A DNA stretch of 64,000 nucleotides from an uncultured Chlamydiae bacterium (GTDB taxonomy: Bacteria > Chlamydiota > Chlamydiia > Chlamydiales > JAJFMA01), in the NCBI GenBank assembly GCA_963713615.1, contig CAVQMM010000001.1:2560001-2624000 (forward strand). The letters run 5' to 3'. How positions within the stretch are numbered: position 1 is the first letter of the stretch; every line of letters begins with the position of its first letter. The position numbers and the translations under genes are program-made. The notes under the pieces are model-generated. The model was not told the origin of the DNA. It was given only the letters and a program-made list of their open reading frames with translations, and made no database searches. This document shows positions 20,864-30,637 of the stretch, piece by piece.

Positions 20864-20959
20864 AGGGTCCGATCATTTAAATGTAAGAAAGCAGGAGACT
20901 AAAAAAAGGCAAAAAGATCTATAAGGGGGATAAGGAAGACATCAACCCGAGGAGCGACT

Positions 20960-21574
20960 ATGTCTATGAATTATTTGGCTTCCCTAGTCCTTCGGCTACC
21001 CTTTGCCACCGCGGTGGCTGCAGGATGCCTCCTCGCCACCTCAGGTATCGCTGATGACGATGCGATACAAAATCCCCTGATGGATGATGCCCAATCGTAC
21101 GATTTTTCGCTCAAAGATTATGACCTAACAACACCCGGGGAAAGTCTTGGTCTGAATCCAGGAGAAACTCTGGCGGATAGGGGTCAAAGTTTCTATGACC
21201 GCAATCAACACCAGAGATCTTCAAATAACCCCAGTAGCAGCAACTGGCAAAGAAGCCAGAATAGTCAAAGTTCGGATTCCCGCGACCGAAGAAGTTCATA
21301 CGACAGCTATTACCAAAGAAACGGCAATAGTACCTACCGAGACAACGATTACCGCAACAGGAACAACAACACCAACCAGAACAACAGCGACAGCGGTGGT
21401 GGATACAACCAGTACCAGTACTATCCATATGAATATGAGCGCGGAATATCACGTCAATACCAGGACGGACGCATACCCTACTACCGATCCCGCGAGTACC
21501 CGAGTACTTATGGGTCCAGGAGTGTGGAACAAGCCACGTCTCCGAATGCTAAATACTACTGGGGAGGACGATAA
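20960..21574 (+). CDS. Secreted N/Y/S/R-rich low-complexity protein
   Basis: RBS GAGGAG; hydrophobic N-terminus; TLADRGQSFYDRNQ followed by N/Q/Y/S/R tracts. Confidence 0.7.
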   Translation: MSMNYLASLVLRLPFATAVAAGCLLATSGIADDDAIQNPLMDDAQSYDFSLKDYDLTTPGESLGLNPGETLADRGQSFYDRNQHQRSSNNPSSSNWQRSQNSQSSDSRDRRSSYDSYYQRNGNSTYRDNDYRNRNNNTNQNNSDSGGGYNQYQYYPYEYERGISRQYQDGRIPYYRSREYPSTYGSRSVEQATSPNAKYYWGGR

Positions 21575-21613
21575 ACCTCTCTTTCTAAAGTAATTGCAAA
21601 ATAGGGAATTCTT

Positions 21614-21880
21614 ATGAAAAAGCATATAGCAAGCTTTCTTTGTGTCCTTTTTTGTGCTCCGGCCATCTATCTCCTGGCCCACGATGACGATTTTCATAAC
21701 CAGGATCTGCTGTATGACCGCCAACAGCGGGAATGGCAACAGAACGAGTATGAATCGGGACGGAATCAACCCCAATTTGATGCCTATTACCACCACAATG
21801 ACTACCCCGGTTCGCGCGGAAGTAACTACTACAACGACTCCAATTACAACTACGACGGGGACCCATATAACGGGTACTAA
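21614..21880 (+). CDS. Small secreted Y/N/D-rich protein
   Basis: Signal peptide ending LLA, then HDDDFHNQDLLYDRQQ and a Tyr/Asn-rich tail. Confidence 0.7.
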   Translation: MKKHIASFLCVLFCAPAIYLLAHDDDFHNQDLLYDRQQREWQQNEYESGRNQPQFDAYYHHNDYPGSRGSNYYNDSNYNYDGDPYNGY

Positions 21881-21925
21881 CAGAAAAAGAACGGTTCTTG
21901 TGAAGCATTGGGGGGCGCTTTGGAA

Positions 21926-22162
21926 TCACAAATCGTCACTCGGCGCGAAGCGCTTTGGAGTGCGGTCGCTAGCGATCGCTTTTCGTTCCTTACGATGGTC
22001 ATGTGAAACGGCATCACTATCATTCGATGCAGAATAGGGAGGATTACATCGGACAGGGGCAAGGGCACGCACACGGGCACGAAGAAGCCTCTTTAGCGTT
22101 ACTTTTGGATATTGGCGACGCAGTCGGTTGGGGCTCCAAAGCGCGCCGAGATACGATTGTGA
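21926..22162. repeat. Degenerate/chimeric family B element
   Basis: Left part is the reverse complement of 12240-12332. The interior contains GGGCACGCACACGGG as in the 62341 element. Ends CGCGCCGAG.TACGATTGTGA. Confidence 0.7.
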
Positions 22163-22477
22163 GTCAAGAAAAAGATGTGTGCAACACTATGACATAGGAC
22201 GTTGATTAGGGCTCCAAAGGCTACGCGCCAATTGATTATTTTGAGGTCCTAAAGCATTAGGTCTGTTTATGCATTCCAATAAATTTGGGTTTGTGTCAAA
22301 AAAGACTTGTACCACAATCAGCTCCCGCGATTCAACGATCGCAAACGAGTCAATATTGGAAATATGGACCCGATTGGGATCGTTGAATCCCGGGGCTTTG
22401 GCGCGGTCCAAATTCGATGTTCAGGCGGACTGTGGTATGGGCGTCGCGTTCAATGTTGACTGAGGGAGAGAGTATTC

Positions 22478-24658
22478 ATGCGCAAATTTATTATTATCGC
22501 CGTATTTTTGATCGTCATCGTCGGCGGAGCTACAGGCCTTTTTTTTCGTCACCAAATCTACAACTATCTCACAAGTGAACGCTACTCGCCAGAACAAGAG
22601 AAGAAAGATATCGCCACAGCAGAAGGCCTACTGAAAGATAGCAAGCCTCAGGAAGCTCTGGATATCATACAGAAATATCAGGAACGCTTTGTTCAAAAAG
22701 GCCCTATTCCCCGTAAATGGGTAGACCTCTTCATTAAGGGATCCCTAGCCGCTGGAGAGCCCGAGAATATTTACTTCTTATATGAACAATATCCTCATGC
22801 AATCAATGGCAATGAAGAAGCCGCGCTGATCGTCGCTGATATTCTCATCAAAAGTGGTAAGGCAAACGACTACCTTCAGCTACGTGAACAATGGAAAAAT
22901 AAAGAAGGCAAGCCAGCCAATTGGTTCGTTCTTGATGCTGACAAAGCTCTCGTCGATGGAGATCGCGCTGCTGCCCTCAAACTATTGAATTCCCGATCCT
23001 TCGAAGGTGCCGACGACGTTCCTCGCCTAGTACGTCTCGCCTTCCTCAGTGTGGACGAAAATCCGCGGCTGACCTGGGAATACCTGACAGAGGCATATCA
23101 GAAAGATCCCAAGAACGCTGAAGTGCGTTCCTACCGAGCACGACTTCTAGAAGCCGTGGACAGGACAGCTCTAGCACTCTCTGAATATGTGGCGGCAGCG
23201 AGCCTAGATCCTAAAAATCCCGCTATGAGGGACCAACTCGCAGAGTTTTACCGCCGTCATGGACGCTACAACCTAGCGCTCAAAGTTTGGGAAGATGCCC
23301 TGGAATTCCCCAACGCCGATTCTATATGGATCAAGGCATGGTTTTGGAGCAAGGTAGCTACGCCAGTCGATTTCAAGTGGAGCGATAAGAAAATCCCACC
23401 CGGTGAACTACAGCCCTTCGTGGAATACCTGGTAAGCCTGAAATCTGATCAATTCTGGGATACGGCAAAATTTGAAGCCATACCCAACTCCAACCGTTAT
23501 CTGCAAACCGAGCAGGCAACCTTTTGGTTGCGCCTCATCCAGCAGCTTAAGGATGGCCAGCAAGATAAGGCCTGGGAACTCATCTTATACAATAGCTTCA
23601 GCCCCGTCAGTTGGAATCCTGAGCTTGAAGAGATGCTCAAGCGTGTCTTAGCCTATCGCAGAACAGGCTCTCTAGCTTTCAATGAAGACACCACTAAGCC
23701 AAACGCCACCAATAACCCCTCCAAGTCAGCCAGTGATATCGCCAATCAAGCGACCAAAGATGCCTCTACAAGCGTTGTAAACAGCGCTTCTACACCACCT
23801 GACGACACAACCCAGAAACCTGCTGGGCTGGCATCAATCAAAAATCAGCATCCCTTTTACCTACAGATTCAGGAATTAGGAGCCAAGGCTGATCAACCCG
23901 GAGCCAAGGTGGATATTCCACCAGACCTTCAGAAGCTCATGACCGGCAAAGACGCCTTCTCGGCGTGTTTCTTAGCCGGAGGCTGGCTAGAAGCAGCCCT
24001 AGACCTGAATACAAGCAAAGTTCTTCCTGAGGATGCCCCTGAGTGGCTAGCCTATGGCCTCACGCAAGCTATTCGATATAACCGTGGTACGTTGCCAGCC
24101 TTGGAGTTTGCCACACAGCAAAAACCTTCGCCTTCTCTGACGATGCTTACTGGAGAACTTCTGATCTCTAGTGGGAGCCCTGACGCCGGCCTCGAGAAGC
24201 TCATCACACTGGTGAGTAGAAACGACGATGTTGGCTTCCGCTCGGCTTGGCTTGTTACCCTTCTCTATATCGAACGAAAGCAATATGAGGATGCTAAGAA
24301 GATCATTGAAAGTCATCCTCGTTTGGCCAACGATATCGTGGGAAAAGAAGCCCTTGCCCGCATTGCACTACTCGAAGGCAAAACGGAGGAAGCTGATAAG
24401 CAGTACAGCGATCTCGAAAATGACTCTTGGGAGGCGAAGTCCTACCTAGCCCGCAAGGCCTTCGATAATAAAGACTGGCAACGCGCCAAGGAGCTAACTG
24501 AGATGCTGTTACAAGAGTTCCCGAACAACACTCTGATTCAGCAAAACTATGAGAAAATTATTGAACAACAGGCCAAAGAAAATGGCCCACAAGGTTCCAC
24601 CAGCCCAGAGCAGAAGCCAGTACAAGCACAGCCTCTAAACACCAAGGGATCACAGTAA
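22478..24658 (+). CDS. N-terminally anchored TPR protein (paralog 2)
   Basis: As for 18536-20527; RBS GAGGGAG. Confidence 0.8.
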   Translation: MRKFIIIAVFLIVIVGGATGLFFRHQIYNYLTSERYSPEQEKKDIATAEGLLKDSKPQEALDIIQKYQERFVQKGPIPRKWVDLFIKGSLAAGEPENIYFLYEQYPHAINGNEEAALIVADILIKSGKANDYLQLREQWKNKEGKPANWFVLDADKALVDGDRAAALKLLNSRSFEGADDVPRLVRLAFLSVDENPRLTWEYLTEAYQKDPKNAEVRSYRARLLEAVDRTALALSEYVAAASLDPKNPAMRDQLAEFYRRHGRYNLALKVWEDALEFPNADSIWIKAWFWSKVATPVDFKWSDKKIPPGELQPFVEYLVSLKSDQFWDTAKFEAIPNSNRYLQTEQATFWLRLIQQLKDGQQDKAWELILYNSFSPVSWNPELEEMLKRVLAYRRTGSLAFNEDTTKPNATNNPSKSASDIANQATKDASTSVVNSASTPPDDTTQKPAGLASIKNQHPFYLQIQELGAKADQPGAKVDIPPDLQKLMTGKDAFSACFLAGGWLEAALDLNTSKVLPEDAPEWLAYGLTQAIRYNRGTLPALEFATQQKPSPSLTMLTGELLISSGSPDAGLEKLITLVSRNDDVGFRSAWLVTLLYIERKQYEDAKKIIESHPRLANDIVGKEALARIALLEGKTEEADKQYSDLENDSWEAKSYLARKAFDNKDWQRAKELTEMLLQEFPNNTLIQQNYEKIIEQQAKENGPQGSTSPEQKPVQAQPLNTKGSQ

Positions 24659-24662
24659 ATCG

Positions 24663-25472
24663 ATGAAGGTTAAAGATTACGCCTTCCTAGGCGCTTTAGG
24701 CCTATTGGCTATCTTTGTCTGGCTGCGAGACCGACTATGGATGTCCTCAGCAGAGGACACCCTGCCTATATTGGTAGCATTGCCGGTTTTCTTTTGGTTA
24801 GGAAGACCTTGGCATATTCTAGAAGCGCCTTTTCATTTATCCACTAAGGCAGTGGCTGCTAGCGTTATTTTGTTTCTTTTCGGCATCGTCGCTGAAAGCA
24901 CCCTTCTAATGGCTATAGGGTGGACCTTGCTTCTGTGGTCGTGGCTTAAGGTGCGTACACCTCCTGCAGACCAGAGTGACCTTAAAAAGTTATTGATACT
25001 TCCGTTGATGTCCTTCCCTTGGATTACGCTGGATATGCAAACCGTGGGATGGTACTTCAGACTTTCAGGAGCTTGGGTAACAGCACATTTTTTCTCTCTC
25101 TTAGGCTTCCCAGTCAAGTGGGAAGGTACCACTATCCTGATTGATAAGATGCCCATCTCCGTAGAAGCCGCCTGTGCAGGGCTCAATACTCTCCAGAGTA
25201 TGCTAATAGCAGGAACCGTGGTGGCCTTTGTGATCCTAGGACGCACAAATCGCTACTGGCCCAACCTATTAGTTCTAATTTTGATGGCATGGCTTGCCAA
25301 TACCTTCCGCATTGTGGTCATTAGCGCTGTTGCGTTGACATTTGGTCGAGATTTCGCTCTTGGAGCCTTCCACCAATGGGGCGGCTGGTTCATCTTGGTA
25401 TTAATGTTTGTAATGTGTTGGCTATTGTTTGAACTACAGGCTCCTAAAGTAGCACCTAAGCCGAAAACATGA
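24663..25472 (+). CDS. Exosortase/archaeosortase family protein
   Basis: About 8 TM segments; catalytic-triad motifs VEAACAGL (Cys), LANTFRI (Arg), FHQWGGW (His). Confidence 0.85.
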   Translation: MKVKDYAFLGALGLLAIFVWLRDRLWMSSAEDTLPILVALPVFFWLGRPWHILEAPFHLSTKAVAASVILFLFGIVAESTLLMAIGWTLLLWSWLKVRTPPADQSDLKKLLILPLMSFPWITLDMQTVGWYFRLSGAWVTAHFFSLLGFPVKWEGTTILIDKMPISVEAACAGLNTLQSMLIAGTVVAFVILGRTNRYWPNLLVLILMAWLANTFRIVVISAVALTFGRDFALGAFHQWGGWFILVLMFVMCWLLFELQAPKVAPKPKT

Positions 25473-25939
25473 TCAAAAAAGCAAGTTTACCAAAACCTAT
25501 TGAAATTGCGGTCCTAGGCTACTGCCTTTGGCAAGCTACCGATCTGGTACGCTCTTGGCTTACAGCTCCAGCGGAAAGATGGGCTTGGATCGCTTTTTTT
25601 ATCTGGTGCATTCCTGTCATTTGGTACCTAGCTATCACCATCCAAGAGCAGCAAATCAAACAATCAACGCCTATTCTTCTTGGTGCAGCGATTGTCGTTG
25701 CCCTCGTCGGTGGCTTAGGGTCTCTGAATATCTTGGGACACATCGGATTAGCTCTGGCGTTGGCGGGCATGCTTCCATTTCGCTGGGAAATCCTTGTCTG
25801 GTTAGCCACGGCGCTGTCTTGGTTGCCCAGTTTTGGGTGGATGATTAAAAGTCTTCCCTTTGCAATTATTCCCATCATCCAAATAGGGTTAGCCTTATTC
25901 GGAAGCGCCTTTTTGTTGTACTGTTGGCGGAGGTCCTAA
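25469..25939 (+). CDS. Small multi-TM protein (exosortase-associated)
   Basis: ATGA overlap with the exosortase; Trp-rich, about 5 hydrophobic segments. Confidence 0.7.
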   Translation: MIKKASLPKPIEIAVLGYCLWQATDLVRSWLTAPAERWAWIAFFIWCIPVIWYLAITIQEQQIKQSTPILLGAAIVVALVGGLGSLNILGHIGLALALAGMLPFRWEILVWLATALSWLPSFGWMIKSLPFAIIPIIQIGLALFGSAFLLYCWRRS

Positions 25940-26622
25940 TATGCAACAGACCGGTCGTACAATAGCACTATGGATAGGGCTAGCTGTGGCGGTAGTCCTG
26001 GGGCTTCTATGGCAATTCGCACCTTTAACAGACGCCAAGAGCAGGCTGCAGGCCCTTCCCTTGAATGGCCCTAGTTTTATTGGTCAAGATATCGCTCTTT
26101 CCGATTGGGAAAAAGGCTATTTTAAAAATGTCAATGTTCTCAAACGCGTCTACACCATCGGTAAGAAGACGTTGTTTGTCACAGCGTTAGATGGAACGCT
26201 AAATCGCCACGTGGTTCACGATCCCCTATATTGCTTCCGAGGCAGTGGCTATGAGGTCGCTAGCGAAAAAACTATCGATCTGCCAGATGGTGGCTCCGTC
26301 GCTTTCTTAAAGTTGATTAAGAACAATTCAGAACAAGATGCCATGTATTGGTTCACAAATGGCCAGACAACGTACGATAGCCCCTTACGCTATTGGTGGC
26401 AGGCAACTCTGCGACGCCTCACGCTAGGCATGTCTGGGAAAGAGCCCATTTTGATCGTCGTTCAGCCCATTGACGACCACCCTCTCGACTGGAAAGAGGT
26501 CGTGCACTACTTCCCTCAGCTTCTCACGCTATAAAAAGCTTCACAAACGCTCTAGGCTTATCTTTCAATGCTTTAAGATCTCACAATCGTGTTGAATCGT
26601 TTTCTTCGTTTTGTAAATGTCC
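25534..26622 (+). repeat. Left copy of ~1.09-kb direct repeat (partner 39724-40812)
   Basis: Base-by-base match at offset 14190; only four differences seen in the core (25849, 25876, 26099, 26439), more at the edges. Confidence 0.95.
25941..26534 (+). CDS. Exosortase-associated EpsI-like protein
   Basis: N-terminal TM, HDPLYCFRGSGY (H.P..C..G.G motif), YWF; downstream of the exosortase. Confidence 0.75.
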   Translation: MQQTGRTIALWIGLAVAVVLGLLWQFAPLTDAKSRLQALPLNGPSFIGQDIALSDWEKGYFKNVNVLKRVYTIGKKTLFVTALDGTLNRHVVHDPLYCFRGSGYEVASEKTIDLPDGGSVAFLKLIKNNSEQDAMYWFTNGQTTYDSPLRYWWQATLRRLTLGMSGKEPILIVVQPIDDHPLDWKEVVHYFPQLLTL

Positions 26623-26678
26623 ATAATTTCCATAAAGTCCATTTATACTGTGGCGAGAATGCACAACATGGACACTAT

Positions 26679-27004
26679 GAGGTAATTGCAAAATTATTTG
26701 AGCCCTTAAGGATCGATTCTTAGGAAAAAAGGTTACCCTCTTTTGCGAGAAGGCGACGCTATAAAGCTCAGATGGCATGCCACCATCTAGTCTGGAAAGA
26801 CAGGCTTTTCTCCCCTCCCAGGCCCGAAGGGTCGATATTGCAACAGGCCATGGCATCGCCATGGTATATGCCAAAACTGTTTTAGCAGCCTGTAGGGCTG
26901 CCATAAAGCGCATGCATAAATGGTGTGTGTAAGCCGACGCCTTATGGCATCCCTACGAGGCTGCTAAATCCATTTCTGACATATACCGTGGCGATGCATG
27001 GCCA
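26679..27004. mobile_element. Truncated family A MITE-like copy abutting the CRISPR array
   Basis: Starts GAGGTAATTGCAAAATT after ...ACAACATGGACACTAT; the second arm is degenerate and ends at the first CRISPR repeat. Confidence 0.8.
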
Positions 27005-27007
27005 AAT

Positions 27008-29085
27008 GTTTCAATCCACGCCCCTGCGTGAGGGGCGACGCCTTAAAGGCGAGCAAAAGGCGAACGCTATCATGTTTCAATCCACGCCCCTGCGTGAGGG
27101 GCGACGGCATGGTCAACTTGCGAGAAGACCAATCGTTAGTTTCAATCCACGCCCCTGCGTGAGGGGCGACCATGACTCCAGAGCAAATTATTAGTGAAGT
27201 GGCTGTTTCAATCCACGCCCCTGCGTGAGGGGCGACATAGCAGCCGAACAACTAGGTCGCAAATGCACCGGTTTCAATCCACGCCCCTGCGTGAGGGGCG
27301 ACGGTAGCACCTTGGACCTGTGCGTTTCTAAAGGCTGTTTCAATCCACGCCCCTGCGTGAGGGGCGACCAGCTAGTAACTGGCTCTGGACAGGGACAAAC
27401 ACGTTTCAATCCACGCCCCTGCGTGAGGGGCGACCTTGTGTGCTAAGAATCCCGAAGTTGGGTTGGGGGTTTCAATCCACGCCCCTGCGTGAGGGGCGAC
27501 TTTGTGTTAACCTACCGGCTTTGCGAATCCATAGTTTCAATCCACGCCCCTGCGTGAGGGGCGACTTTGAGCCGTTGGTAAATGCGTATACCTATCGTGG
27601 TTTCAATCCACGCCCCTGCGTGAGGGGCGACGTAACTAAGTAACAAGCAAGCAAGGAATAAGTAGTTTCAATCCACGCCCCTGCGTGAGGGGCGACAAAC
27701 GAGCACGGTGAAGCGTGCAATATTGGTCAACGTTTCAATCCACGCCCCTGCGTGAGGGGCGACCCAGCGTTTCGCGCAATTCATCGTCCATGTAATGTTT
27801 CAATCCACGCCCCTGCGTGAGGGGCGACGTGTGAAGCGAATTTGTTGCGCAAAGTGTCCACTTGTTTCAATCCACGCCCCTGCGTGAGGGGCGACGTAAA
27901 TACTGGTTGACCACATTACCCTTCCTATGTTTCAATCCACGCCCCTGCGTGAGGGGCGACGTGACGGCTTCTGGGGACCTGTCCACAGCAGCGAGTTTCA
28001 ATCCACGCCCCTGCGTGAGGGGCGACAACGATGTTAGCCTATACATCAGTGCAATAACAGGGCGAGTTTCAATCCACGCCCCTGCGTGAGGGGCGACGCG
28101 GCGTGCTTTGCCGCTTGCCTGGATATCGTGGTTTCAATCCACGCCCCTGCGTGAGGGGCGACGTCCCGATGCTTATTCCCGCTTGGTTGTTACTGGTTTC
28201 AATCCACGCCCCTGCGTGAGGGGCGACACACCGCAGCCACCGCAGCAACTAGCTGCATAGTTTCAATCCACGCCCCTGCGTGAGGGGCGACGCCTTTAGC
28301 CTTGGCCTTTTTGCCAGCGTTTCAAGTGTTTCAATCCACGCCCCTGCGTGAGGGGCGACAAACCAGATAGAGTTTGCCTTTAGCGGGAATGATGTTTCAA
28401 TCCACGCCCCTGCGTGAGGGGCGACCCGCCGCCCCCGCCGCCCCAATTGTGACTGCTTGAGTTTCAATCCACGCCCCTGCGTGAGGGGCGACATGACGGA
28501 AGAGTAGCCGTAAGGCCATTATTGATGTTTCAATCCACGCCCCTGCGTGAGGGGCGACCTACCATTTGTTTTTGCAGGTATGGCCCCATTCCTGTTTCAA
28601 TCCACGCCCCTGCGTGAGGGGCGACGATGTTAGCCTATACATCAGTGCAATAACAGGGTTTCAATCCACGCCCCTGCGTGAGGGGCGACGGAAAAGCCGT
28701 CGGTTCATCTTCGATCCACGAAGTTTCAATCCACGCCCCTGCGTGAGGGGCGACCGTAGCCGCTTGGCCCGCGGGAGCCACTGTCGGGTTTCAATCCACG
28801 CCCCTGCGTGAGGGGCGACTGGGAGCCGATTTTGATCTGTTCCAAACCCTATGGTTTCAATCCACGCCCCTGCGTGAGGGGCGACGCTGCTTTGACGCTC
28901 ACCTTACCAAATGGACCGGTGTTTCAATCCACGCCCCTGCGTGAGGGGCGACCTATGCAGTTGAACTTATGGACGACGACATACGGGTTTCAATCCACGC
29001 CCCTGCGTGAGGGGCGACTCAACATTGAATTCAAAGCGCTCAGTGTCCACGTGGTTTCAATCCACGCCCCTGCGTGAGGGGCGAC
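27008..29085 (-). CRISPR. Type I-C CRISPR array, 32 identical 32-bp repeats (GTCGCCCCTCACGCAGGGGCGTGGATTGAAAC), 31 spacers of 32-39 nt
   Basis: Repeats counted by eye; canonical I-C repeat ending ATTGAAAC on the minus strand; adjacent to cas2. Confidence 0.98.
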
Positions 29086-29300
29086 CGCGAACAGTATAAC
29101 ATACTGAAGTTTAGCTCGGTAGAATTAATCCAGCGCGGATCTGACTTGCCGAAACAACTTAAAGATATTTATTACACCTATGAAAACGGAAATAGTTCAT
29201 TCACAAGGAATAGTGATTTGCGCGAATCTCTCGCGTTTGCTATGGGCAATGTGGGTCCGCGCTCCAGATTCTATACTCTAAAAAAATGGATGCCGCAAGA
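29086..29300 (-). promoter_or_regulatory. CRISPR leader
   Basis: AT-rich non-coding stretch between cas2 and the first transcribed repeat. Confidence 0.75.
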
Positions 29301-29591
29301 TTAGACGATTAATACACCCTCAGGGTCGTAGGAAGGCTTAGCACCTGTATGCTCAACTCTGCGATGCCAATTGTCCCCAAGAAAATAAAACCTCAGACTA
29401 TCCGTTTCTGGGTCTATGGCTTTATATAAGCTATTGGAAACTTTCACCCAAAGTGTAGAATCGATCGAACATTCAAAAACCGAATGTTGCACTCTTTGGC
29501 CATAGTTCACGCAGATTCGAGCTACGCGCCGCAACCTACGCCGACCCGCAGCAGTTTCTGTATTAACATCATAGGTAATCAGGATAAGCAT
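29301..29591 (-). CDS. cas2: CRISPR-associated endoribonuclease Cas2
   Basis: LITYDV...RRLRRVA...YGQRVQHSVFEC...DSLRFY. Confidence 0.96.
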   Translation of the reverse strand: MLILITYDVNTETAAGRRRLRRVARICVNYGQRVQHSVFECSIDSTLWVKVSNSLYKAIDPETDSLRFYFLGDNWHRRVEHTGAKPSYDPEGVLIV

Positions 29592-29605
29592 ATCATTCCC
29601 TAGTA

Positions 29606-30637
29606 TTACTTCCACAGAAATGGAGGATATGCCTCCAAGTCACCTCTAATATAACGAGCCAATAACATAGCCTGAACATGAGGTATTAGGCCGATTGCAA
29701 TTTTCTCGCCTAAAAACGGATGCTCGACTTCTTCTTTCTTTCGGTTTTGATAGGCGACTAAGACTTCCTTTCGTGTTTCATCATTCATGATTACAGCACC
29801 ACTTTCGGACATCTTAAAGCCCCTTCCTTTGATTTGCTGACGATTGACTAATGTTAACGCTACACGATCTGCGAAATGGGGGCGTAGCTCTTCCATTAAA
29901 TCCAAGGCTAGACTGGGCCTTCCTGGACGATCGCGATGTAAAAAACCAACAGCAGGATCCAAACCAACAGTTTCTAATGCAGATGAAACATCATGAGCAA
30001 GCAATGTATAGTAAAAGGAAAGTAGCGCATTCATATTGTCTAGAGGTGGACGTCGCGTCCTTTGTCGAAAGTAAAAGTCCTGTTTCTGCGCTAATATGAG
30101 ATGATCGAAAGCCGAAAAATAGAGCTGCGCAGCTTCTCCCTCCACACCACGCCAAGAATCAACCGTCTGTTCTTCCTTCATTTGCTTTAAGCGATACCCC
30201 ATTGAATCTGCTACCTTCGTAAGTACTTTTGCGGCATCGCTATCATTATGCTCACGCGCAGCTCTCATTAACACCGTACGGCAATTTGCCACCTTACCAT
30301 AAACGATAAGTCTAGCAATTTTAGCACTCGTGACACCACAGTCTGCAAATCTATACTGTTGACGTCGAAGTAGGACATTGCCTGAAACAGGACCTTGCAC
30401 CTTCGCTATGAACCGTCCATACTGACTTAGAAAAGATAACGATACTTTGCTCTCAACACATAACTGCATTAACGGCGGACTACACATAACCTGGCCAATG
30501 CAGACAATTCCCCCTAGAAGATGTATTGGAAATCGACCCTTTGTTTCATCCTTCACACGAATAAGAACTGTTTCCCCGTCTCTACAAAGATATGAACCCT
30601 CTGTTGTCACGAATAGTGTGTTCAATAATTTTTTCAT
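29606..30637 (-). CDS. cas1: Type I-C Cas1
   Basis: MKKLLNTLFVTT, GVEGEAA..YF, RRPPLD..NALLS, GFLH.DRPGR.SLALDLMEE, YPPFLWK. Confidence 0.97.
   Translation of the reverse strand: MKKLLNTLFVTTEGSYLCRDGETVLIRVKDETKGRFPIHLLGGIVCIGQVMCSPPLMQLCVESKVSLSFLSQYGRFIAKVQGPVSGNVLLRRQQYRFADCGVTSAKIARLIVYGKVANCRTVLMRAAREHNDSDAAKVLTKVADSMGYRLKQMKEEQTVDSWRGVEGEAAQLYFSAFDHLILAQKQDFYFRQRTRRPPLDNMNALLSFYYTLLAHDVSSALETVGLDPAVGFLHRDRPGRPSLALDLMEELRPHFADRVALTLVNRQQIKGRGFKMSESGAVIMNDETRKEVLVAYQNRKKEEVEHPFLGEKIAIGLIPHVQAMLLARYIRGDLEAYPPFLWK

Noticed and set aside
21590..21603. GTAATTGCAAAAT resembling the family A TIR
   Set aside because: Only 13 bp with no other element sequence nearby; could be chance.
22433..22448. 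Possible sigma-54 promoter TGGTATG-N4-TCGC upstream of TPR-2
   Set aside because: GG-N10-GC spacing is right but the match to TGGCACG-N4-TTGC is weak. A similar site at 16138-16153 is off by one base. Not enough to claim rpoN control.
27008..29085. Self-targeting spacers
   Set aside because: No match to the rest of the window was seen by eye; a proper search was not possible.
26925..29304. ORFs containing FNPRPCVRGD / SPLTQGRGLK
   Set aside because: Read-through translations of CRISPR repeats and the leader.
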